A stretch of DNA of 64,000 nucleotides from Octopus sinensis (taxonomy: Eukaryota), in the NCBI RefSeq assembly GCF_006345805.1, contig NC_042999.1:7440001-7504000 (forward strand), read 5' to 3'. The first letter of the stretch is position 1. Each line of letters opens with the position of its first letter. A program made the translations under genes and the position numbers. The notes beneath the pieces were generated by a model that was given only the letters and a program-made list of their open reading frames with translations, was not told where the DNA came from and searched no databases. This document shows, in pieces, positions 54,365-64,000 of the stretch.

Positions 54365-54546
54365 CATCGAAAAATACCTTGGGAATGAGAACCCAGGTTC
54401 GAAATTTCCCCAAGACACCCGAAGAAGGTTGGAAAGTATATCAGCCGAAACGTTGTGTTAACAACAAACAAGATGAGGAGAAATATCCGTCAAATGTAAA
54501 TAATTTAAATAATCTACATAATTCCTCATCACTTAAATATAGAACT
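53937..54546. mobile_element. Foldback hammerhead/tRNA-promoter element (copy 2)
   Basis: Left arm 53937-54085, tRNA-like loop 54135-54215 (A box 54161, B box ~54199), right arm 54361-54546. Confidence 0.85.
53992..54037 (-). ncRNA. Minimal type I hammerhead, core intact
   Basis: Minus strand reads GACAC-CTGATGA-A-GGCTG[gagagtacat]CAGCC-GAAAC-GTT-GTATT. Confidence 0.75.
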
Positions 54547-54898
54547 GGACTTCAGTAATATATTGAAATTTTGAGTTTGAGGCAAATTACGAACCCGCGA
54601 AGAATCCCTATTTTGGGGAGTCAACATGATTGGAATAACTCTGTACATGATTTAGAATTAACTAAGAATATCAGTGCATATTCAACGATGGAATTAATCG
54701 GCCATATTGATTCAAATAAATTACAAAGACATAAAACATAATGGCATTATTTCATAAATGCCACTTCAGATGGCTATATAAAACTCTATCCCTGTTAAAC
54801 TTATTCGTTAGAGAAAACGATTTATTGCACACAATACGTTTTATTTTGTTAATTGTTCAAATTTAAATTTCCATTTGTCGAATTCCCGCAAATCTTTC

Positions 54899-55100
54899 TC
54901 TCTTTTACTCTTTTACTTGTTTCAGTCATTTGACTGCGGCCATGCTGGAGCACCGCCTTTAATCAAGCAACTCGACCCCGGGACTTAGTCTTTGTTGCCG
55001 AGCCGCTAAGTGACGGGGACATAAACACACCAGCATCGGTTGTCAAGCAATGCTGGGGGGACAAACACAGACACACAAACATACACGCACATATATATAT

Positions 55101-55151
<51 letters not shown>

Positions 55152-55314
55152 GACAGGCTTCTTTCAGTTTCCGTCTACCAAATCCACTCACAAGGCTTTG
55201 GTCCGCTCGAAGCTATAGTAGAAGATACTTGCCCAAGATGCCACGCAGTGGGACTGAACCCGGAACCATGTGGTTGGTAAACAAGCTACTTACCACACAG
55301 CTACTCCTGCGCCT
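54899..55314 (-). mobile_element. SINE family A, full length
   Basis: Matches the other copies. Confidence 0.9.
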
Positions 55315-55456
55315 GGAGTGAAATTATCTCGAAGAACGACGAACAGAACGGTGAGCTATGTTTCTGCATCAATATTCTTCTATGGCTTCTTTATTGTCTC
55401 ATTACGTCTTACGACACCAGTCACTGGATATTGTTGTTGTTTGTTTGTTTGTTTAT

Positions 55457-55752
55457 TCCTTCTCGAGCCATGCCTGGCTCATAAGGGCCGGTTTCCCGTT
55501 TTCCTTGGCGTATAGGTACCCCACCTGGACGGGACGCCAGTCCGTCTCAGGTGAGCTGCAAGATGCAGGAGGAAAGAGTGATAGAAAGTTGTGGCGAAAG
55601 AGTCAGCAGAAGTTCGCCATTACCTTCTGCCGGAGCCGCGTGGAGCTTAGGTGTTTCGCTCATAAACACACACATCGCCCGGTCTGAGATTCGAACCCAC
55701 GATCCCTCGACTGCGAGTCCGCTGCTCTAACCACTAGGCCATGTGCCTCCAC
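55457..55752 (-). mobile_element. SINE family C variant
   Basis: Matches 24500-24782. Confidence 0.85.
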
Positions 55753-57260
55753 TGGATATTGTTTACAGACGTATAAAACCAAAGCATTGGATCTGTTCTG
55801 CTTTCTTTCACGGATACTCACCTGAAAATATCTGCTGTTTATTCACGATTAATAAAATAGATTTAATTAATAATTTTTCTGCTTCTTTTTTATGATCTTT
55901 ATCTTTTACTTGCTTCAGCCATTAGACTGTGGCCTTACTGGAGCACTGCTTTGAAAAGTGTTATTTGAACAATCTGACTCCAGGACATTTTTAAAGCTTA
56001 GTCTCTTTTACATTTTAAAATCTATCGGTCTCTTTTGCAGAACTGCTAAGTTATGGGGACGCAAACATACTGCCACCAGTTGTCAAGCTGTAATGGAATA
56101 CACACATACGCATGCGTGCTCGCAGTGAGACTGAATCCAATTGGTTGGGATGCAAACTTCTTACTACACAGCCAAGCGAATTTATCTTGCAAAGTTGACT
56201 CAGAGGTGATTTGAACTCAAAGAGAAGATCAAATATAGCAACTCATTATATCCGGTGCTCTAGTATCAAATGTCCCACCTTTAATGAATAAGTTATAATA
56301 TTTTAGAACCCATAGGAGAATTGCAACCGTTTTTCGCGGTCTGCTACCACAATAGCTCCTTTATAGGATCCAGTTAGCTCAAGACATCAGGAGGAACCAT
56401 GTTCGGTTTCGGTCCCAACTCCTCTACCGCTTTGACGTGGCTCCCCCCCCTTTCGGAGGTGTCTTCAGCTCTGGTGTTGGGTGCATGTCTTCTTTCTTCT
56501 GTTCCCTGGCTTCTTCGATGTAGCGTCAACGAGTGTCCTTGAATTTGGTGGTCATTCTTGCTACCTCGTTGTCGAATATTTTATAACTCACTGTGTCATC
56601 TGCTTTCCGCCACTTAATCTTTGTCCTCTTCACGCCTATCAGTCTTTTTGACTGTTCGAATTCAACTGTGGAATGAACCTCGCTAAGGCATAAAACGATT
56701 CAATGGCAGACGAACGGGAAATGAATGTTCGCCAAGGGAAGAACTCTATATTTACAAAAGATATTTATGCAAAAAGTCCAAGCAGAATGACAAGGAAAGT
56801 TACCACGCAGATCAGGCTGACTTTTCCGAAAACCAAATTCTTATCAGAGCCAAGATTAATCGGATTAATCATCTCAGCATAAAAAGCTAATTTGGAACAG
56901 TTTGCGAAATAATCTTTGAAGGTATTGCATCCAAAATTAGACAAGCGACGAGATTAATAAAAGCGATATCAATGCGTCCTTCTGTGATTGCGTCAATTAT
57001 CTTACAATATGCCACATAAGTTCATGCAGTTTGATATTTTCGATTACTTCCTGTCGAACGGAAATGCAATCCTTACATAATCGCAGAAGTTTGCAAAAAT
57101 ATGACGACTATTGGCGTATAACAGTAAACAGAATAGACTCAAAGAATTCTTGCATATTTTTTGTTAATTCAACCTGGAAAAGAAAAATAGAGATTTTTCG
57201 GTGTGAGGATATAGTGCTGTCATCGTGTAGAAACAAGCGATTAAGTAGAGATATACTTAC

Positions 57261-57417
57261 AGGAGTGGCTGTGTGGTAAGTAGCTTGTTTACCAACCACA
57301 TGGTTCCCGGTTCAGTCCCACTGCGTGGCACCTTGGGCAAGTGTCTTCTACTATAGCCTCGGGCCAACCAAAGCCATGCGATTGGATTTGGTAGACTGAA
57401 ACTGAAAGAAGCCCGTC

Positions 57418-57483
<66 letters not shown>

Positions 57484-57684
57484 TTGTGTGTCTGTGTTTG
57501 TCCCCCCAGCATTGCTTGACAACCGATGCTGGTGTGTTTATGTCCCCGTCACTTAGCGGTTCGGCAAAAGAGACCGATAGAATAAGTACTGGGCTTACAA
57601 AGAATAAATCCCGGGGTCGAGTTGCTCGATTAAAGGTGGTGCTCCAGTATGGCCGCAGTCAAATGACTGAAACAAGTAAAAGAG
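57261..57684 (+). mobile_element. SINE family A, full length
   Basis: AGGAGTGGCTGTGTGGTAAG head through GAAACAAGTAAAAGAG tail. Confidence 0.9.
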
Positions 57685-58249
57685 TATACATATATAAGCA
57701 AATCCACTCACAAATACATACTTAAACACGTCTGCACATACAAAATTACACACATAGATATATAAACACTTTTACACATACATAAACACACACACATACA
57801 TACATACATATATCCAGGTCAGCTACTCTGCTGGTGTTAATATCTCTTTGAGAATCAACTACGGACAACTGCTTGGAAACAATCCACGTCTGTATCCAGG
57901 TTATATATTCACATTGATACCTGTAATACCTGGGGGAATATTATTGTGTGGATAAATGCCCGAGTGACAACTTGGAAAAAAGACGATGTTTTTAGTAAAA
58001 AGAAATCGTCCCGCTGCCAAGCACATTACGAGTTCAATCTGCTAACGGAAGAGTAAAAATATCCAAGACCTTTCTGAAGTTCACTTTGTGAATTAGTTTT
58101 GGTTGTCTACATTCCAACGAAGGAGTTTTGTATCTTTGTTAGAACTCAGCTCCTTCCTTAAAGGAAGAATTCAAATAAATAATTAAAACTAAAAGAGAAT
58201 ATACTCGCATAGAGATAGACACAAACACGCACACATACACACATACAGT

Positions 58250-59720
58250 CAACTATATATAGAGATAGGCAGATATGTAGAGAGTTATGCATATAAAATC
58301 TCACAGACCCTATCCTAAAAACAATCAAATACACCTGGTCGAAGCAATATTCTTCAAATAAAAATTCCCAAGAGAAGAAATCTACAAGGTAGCAGCGTTG
58401 CAGGAATAAAAACATAAAAGTTACGTTGGGAACAGCAAGTTTATTGTTATGTTTCTTGCGCACAACACATACCCGCTTTGTGTAATATTTCCAGAAATAA
58501 CCTAAACTCCGCATCGATGTTCTTGTGGGGCTTTAGCGGGGTGAATAATATAAATATAAATAATAAAATGTGCCATATTTTATCGACTTCAGGATGTGTT
58601 GCCTGTGTACAGCGGAAAAAAAACATAACGAATGAATAAAATATTTCAACTATGCTTACTCGACAAAGGATATGGCGTGACTTTACTTTGCAGACACCAG
58701 AATCAATTATGTCAGAATTTCGAACAGGGTAATGATGAAAGTTCTACAGTAGTCGCAGCAGCCGAAACATACCACTACACAAACGGAGTAGCAAAACAAA
58801 TTAACTGACGGAAAATAATAAAAGGAGAGATACAAATGCGTATAGTGAGAGAATATAGCTATAGGAATTTTAGTGGTTTGCAAGTACTTCACGAACAATA
58901 AGGTAGACAGAATGATAACTTTAGAAAAACAGAATATGAATGGCGTAATCAAATCACGTTGCCATTACGTAAAGGATTAGCAGAGAAGAAGGACATCTGA
59001 ATTGGACAATGGAATACAATATATTGATAAACAAGTTGTACAAAAATACAATTTCAGGATGCGGAGGTCTGCGAATGGTAAAGAGATACACAGCGTCGAA
59101 ATTAACAAATAGCGAATAAAACAATTGTTATATCTAAGGCGGCGAGCTGGCAGAAACGTTAGCACGCCGGGCGAAATGCGTAGGCGTATTTCGTCTGCCG
59201 TTTCGTTCGGAGTTCAAATTCCGCCGAGGTCGACTTTGCCTTTCATCCTTTCGGGGTCGATAAATTAAGTACCAGTTACGCACTGAGGTCGATATAATCG
59301 ACTTAATACCTATTTCTGTCCTTGTTTGTCCTCTCTGTGTTTAGCCCCTGATGGGTAGTAAAGAAATAAAAAAAAATATCTCCAGCATGTCCAAGCAGCA
59401 AATGAATTAGACTGAAGGATAACTTTTGAAAAACAGGATATCAATAATGTAAGCAGCAAGCTTATATGGGACAACTATTGAAGTAACCAATCAGTACCTG
59501 CTAAATAAATTAATATTTCCAGTAAAACACGACACACTTTACGAAAATAGAAATTGTTTGCGAAATAAAAGATCAAAATTACTGCTAAAATGGACAAGGT
59601 ATACGATACATAAACAATTTTCAGAATGACGGCGTTAGAACAAAAGAAGATAATACAAATTAACAACAGTGATAAAAAAAAATAGAGCCAATGCATTGGC
59701 AAATGTAACGATGACAACCA
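58250..59720 (-). pseudogene. Possible fragmented 7TM/GPCR-like pseudogene interrupted by a SINE
   Basis: Hydrophobic segments in shifting frames: IYLAGTDW, NCFI..CISLPF, CKPLKF, FATPFV, VTFMFLFL, FYMHNS; many stops. Confidence 0.3.
59137..59370 (+). mobile_element. SINE family B, monomer
   Basis: GGCGGCGAGCTGGCAGAAACG head to AAAGAAAT tail. Confidence 0.9.
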
Positions 59721-59802
59721 TTGAAAACACTCTGGTATAACGGCAGAAACTAGTCAAGGCAAACGATAAACAGAAGAAGGACTCCCCTGTTGTCTATATA
59801 AA

Positions 59803-60189
59803 TCTCTCTCTATATAAACGGCAGTTTGTCTGTGCGTGTTTCTGTGTGTCTGTTTGCTTGTACCCTCACCCTGACCACGGCTTTCAACCGATTCTGATGA
59901 AACTTGACACACACATAGCCCAATGTCATAATTCAAAACTAACGCAGCGAAAATTTTGAAAAGTTCCCCCAGTTCTGAAAAAATCGATAAATTCGACATG
60001 GGGTCGAGAATAAAAAAAAACAAACCAAGACTGTCTAGGGGACGCAACTCAACCTTTTATTACTCTCAAAAAAAAAAATTTACCATCATTTTTTTTCCAT
60101 TTTTTGGCTATTTTTTGGCTATAACTCTCTAAAAATGCTTTATAGTTATTTCCCTTACAAACCTGAGCAACGCCGGGCGATACTGCTAG
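59803..60189 (+). mobile_element. Non-autonomous Helitron-like element
   Basis: TCTCTCTCTATATAAAC start; GCAACGCCGGGCGATACTGCTAG|T end. Confidence 0.7.
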
Positions 60190-60439
60190 TCATGTATAAA
60201 TGCTGGAAGGCAGTTGTCGTCTGAAGCCATAATCACACGAACGAAATTTATTGCTTGAAGACAATACTTTAGTTTGAATAAGCAATACAGTTAAGTACAC
60301 TTTACGATCTGTTGACAAACTGTAGCATTTCAATTTTCCTCTTTTCTGTTGTGTCTAAATGTTAAGAAAGAGTTTTGTTGCGGTTACAGTGTTAACGCTT
60401 CTTTCTTGTCTCTATCACATAATCAATTCAAAAATCGAT

Positions 60440-61064
60440 TCAAAGATATATAGCAACATCCAATACTCTACCGTTTATTATAACACACGATACAAAAAAT
60501 ACAGCGGTTTCCAATATTATCCACCAGAACATCCCACAACTAAAACAAGATCCAAGAATGAAACGAGCATTTAAAATGCACAGGATATTCAAAAGTAAAA
60601 AACACTAAAAGTCCCTCAAAAAATTCATCGCAAGTACTAAATTACCTTCCACAATTCCTACACTGACAATCAAAAAGTGTGGACTCCCCAATTGCGGGAC
60701 TTACATCAAATATATTAAAGACACATCACAGAAATTCAAATCAGGACAGATTTTTATTGCAAAAAATCACTTTACATGTTCTTCAAGGAATTTAATATAC
60801 GTTATCAAATGTTAAGGATGTAATGAAGATTACATAGGTCAAGCAAAGCTTCCACTAACAAATAGACTGACCAATCATCGACAACAAATACGAGACCCCA
60901 GTTCTAGACAGATTCCACTGAGTGGACACATAAACATATGCACAAAAAATAAGCGCCCCATATTCCACGTCTTCCCACTCTACCTATGTTCAGTGATTAG
61001 CACAGATGAAGTATGGATAAACAAAGAAAATACTTTTATACAAAACTACAAACTCAAGACTTAA
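60440..61064 (+). pseudogene. Penelope-like retroelement 3' ORF fragment: linker, Cys motif and GIY-YIG endonuclease
   Basis: One frame reads LPFIITHD...NIIHQNIPQLKQDPRM...KCGLPNCGT...FTCSSRNLIYVIKC*GCNEDYIGQAKLPLTNRLTNHRQQI; two in-frame stops. Confidence 0.85.
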
Positions 61065-61818
61065 CAAACTTTAACAGGGTACATACACAAATAGCTATCC
61101 ACACACAAAACTCATTTTGCGACTTAACACGAAGAACCTACACAGCTAACAACCTAAACTTTAGCCACTGGGCTACATAAAAACGACTGTTATCCACAGA
61201 TTATATTTGGAGTGCCTTGACTATAACTAAACATGTTCACTCAACCGTGTCGGCTTTCATTTTGGGCGCAAAATATACCGCCATGCGACGCTAACGCACA
61301 GATGTAGCGGAAAACGTACAGAAGGTTCTAAACTTAATCTCGTGTTCATTCTCTAGAAACTCTTGACAGGAAACATTCAGAACACTGATTGTTTGGTACT
61401 GCCACGACACGGTCAGTCAACCATGTCAGCCTTAATTAGGACACCAACATTGTCACTTGAAACTAACACTCGGACGTAGCGGGGAACCTACAAAAATTTC
61501 TAAGACCTGTCATGTGACTACCCTCTACCAATCAAATCGTATTCAAAACATATACTAATTTGAGACATGAATTCCCTATAAAAACAGGGCAAGCTTCAAA
61601 CACTAGCATGAAAGTTGCGACTTAAGCCACGTCTTTCTGTTTCAACTTTTTGAAAATCAATGAAAACTGAAGCTGGTTGAATATTTAAATATAATCAAAA
61701 AAATTATTTGACCCTCCTCAGTGCATTTTCAACTTCCATGTTTCATATATTTCTACATGTGTGGAATAACTTTCTTTTCTATCTATCTATCTATCTAACT
61801 ATCGATTTATCTATCTTC

Positions 61819-61941
<123 letters not shown>

Positions 61942-61960
61942 TATAATGTGTATGAAATAC

Positions 61961-62580
61961 TATTTACTGAATCTCAGTCTTTTTGCGCTAGGCCACTGGT
62001 GTTTAAATTTGTGTTATTAAATTAAATTAATATCCAATTTTTTCACCCTCTTTTTGACTTTAATTATAAATTAATATGTTCTCAAACCGGCGTAAACTAC
62101 TGCAGTGAATTACTTATACAGTATTTATTTTCGGAAATTTGGCGCTCTAGAACGAGGGCATTAGAATGTAACTGTGAATATAATCGGCCTAACTGCTCGT
62201 GTCTCTGACCTCGTGTTAATATATAGCGTGCAGTTCGACAAATTATATTTTGACGTACTCCACCGATGATCTGAGGATTAATTATGTAAGTAAAATTGCA
62301 TAATTTATTAACAGTGAAACAATTGTATGGGGTTAATCTATAGTTTTGTTATTTTTCATTTGTCCTGCCCGCTTACGTTCTTAGTGTGCTAAATTTTTTC
62401 TTGAGTGGTTGAGTCCCTTTGTGGATCTATATCTAGCGTAAGAGCGTCCACATAGTGTATTCTCCCTCATATTTGTGTATTAATAATATTTACTGAATCT
62501 CAGTCTTTTATACGCTAGGCCACTGGTGTTTAAATTGATGTTATTAAATTAATATCCAATTTTTTCACCCTCATTTTGAC

Positions 62581-62585
<5 letters not shown>
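61961..62585 (+). mobile_element. 526-bp unit plus ~100-bp direct terminal repeat, with hammerhead-like motif
   Basis: TATTTACTGAATCTCAGTC at 61961 and 62487; hammerhead-like fold at 62257-62333. Confidence 0.7.
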
Positions 62586-62637
<52 letters not shown>

Positions 62638-62638
62638 G

Positions 62639-62685
<47 letters not shown>

Positions 62686-63105
62686 CTTTACTCTTTTACT
62701 CTTTTACTTGTTTCAGTCATTTGACTGTGGCCATGCTGGAGCACCGCCTTTAGTCGAGCAAATCGACCCCGGGACTTATTCTTTGTAAGCCCAGTACTTA
62801 TTCTATCAGTCCCTTTTGCCGAACCGCTAGCTGACGGCGACGTAAACACACCAGCATCGGTTGTCAAGTGATGTCGGGGGGACAAACACAGACACACAAA
62901 CATATACACACACATACACACACATATATATAACATATATACGACGGGCTTCTTTCAGTTTCCGTCTACCAAATCCACTCACAAGGCATTGGTCGGCCCG
63001 AGGCTATAGTTGAAGACAGTTACCCAAGGTGCCACGCAGTGGGACTGCACCCGGAACCATGTTGTTGGTAAGCAAGCTACTTACCACACAGCCACTCCTG
63101 CGCCT
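62686..63105 (-). mobile_element. SINE family A, full length
   Basis: Matches the other copies. Confidence 0.9.
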
Positions 63106-63181
63106 ATATATACATACATATATATATATATATATTATATATATATATATTATATATATATATATATATATAAATATGTAT

Positions 63182-63217
<36 letters not shown>

Positions 63218-63389
63218 TGACAGAGAAAGAGAGACTCGGAGAGAGAGTGAAAGAGAGATAGATAGATAGAGAAATTACATAAATTGTGTTGAAGTCAGCG
63301 CCCTTCTACTCGCGTTATCAAGAAGTGTTAGGTTTGTTAATTCTGATCTCTTTTTCCAGTCAATCTCAGCAATTGCATTCCACAGTGCA

Positions 63390-63660
63390 GTATTCAGTGG
63401 GAGCCCGTCGTATGGCCTCGCCATACGCATCGTGTGTTTGTTAATTGCTTCAGTTCCTTGCTGATTCTCAATGTGACAGGTGGGGCTAGATTGGGACGAA
63501 ACAGCAGCACCCAGCTTGTACGTATTAAAACTGTGTAGACTGACGTAACGTGAAATGAAATAACTTGCTCAACATCACACTGAGCTATCCTTCCGAGAAT
63601 TAAACCTCCAACCATATAATTCTGAGCAGAACTTCTAATCCCTAAGTCACGCGCCATAAT
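63390..63660 (-). mobile_element. Old decayed SINE with CORE-like segment
   Basis: Minus strand: tRNA-like head, then GTGTGATGTTGAGCAAGTTATTTCATTTCAC. Confidence 0.4.
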
Positions 63661-64000
63661 ACTGCTGTTTAAGTATAAATGATAATAATAATTTCTAACG
63701 CTGAAGACCGTCAGCAAGTTGGTGAAAGATATGGGAGATAAAATCTTTTGGATTCCTTCCTAATTTATCGACTTCTTGAAAAACGAAACGCAAATCTGAC
63801 CTCAGCAGGATTAGGATACTGAAGGTTAAGGGTTGTAAAAAAATATCATAATGTTTTTGTTGTTATTGTTGTTGTTCACCGTTCTGAAGCTTCGGATAAT
63901 CTTTCCTTTCCAAGATTAAGATATTAATCCCAAAACTAATTAAGCATTATCTCATCGCAACAATTTGCACATTCAACAAAAGGCCCTTTCTTCCTTTTTC

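Noticed and set aside
56400-56690. NeSL/Hero-like LINE remnant on minus (KIKWRKADD...FDNEV)
   Set aside because: Resemblance is short and from memory only; needs a search.
58250-59720. Mitochondrial insertion (NUMT) as explanation for the hydrophobic frames
   Set aside because: TAA/TAG stops persist under the invertebrate mitochondrial code, and no mitochondrial protein was recognised.
63700-63735. CTGAAGA...GAAAG as a hammerhead
   Set aside because: No convincing stem I, stem III or NUH site.

Overview
AT-rich eukaryotic non-coding DNA, dense in microsatellites. It is probably from an octopus/cephalopod, which is an inference from SINE families I recognise from memory. I found no intact host protein-coding gene, rRNA, true tRNA gene or CRISPR array, and most ORF-track entries are translations of simple repeats. 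The window holds many tRNA-headed SINEs, decayed LINEs (R4/Dong-like with RT and restriction-like endonuclease, CR1, RTE, probably I-like), mariner/maT remnants, non-autonomous Helitrons and a Penelope-like (PLE) GIY-YIG fragment. The main finding is a hammerhead ribozyme (HHR) system. A tandem array of eight ~471-bp units (48.5-52.5 kb) carries a type I hammerhead in each unit, like a retrozyme or ribozyme satellite. At least six other unrelated small element families carry intact or decayed minimal hammerheads, usually in a foldback (5'-inverted) layout. One family pairs a tRNA-derived Pol III promoter with hammerhead arms. A fragmented 7TM-like pseudogene may lie at 58.2-59.7 kb. Structures and coordinates were read by eye, so element boundaries are approximate.
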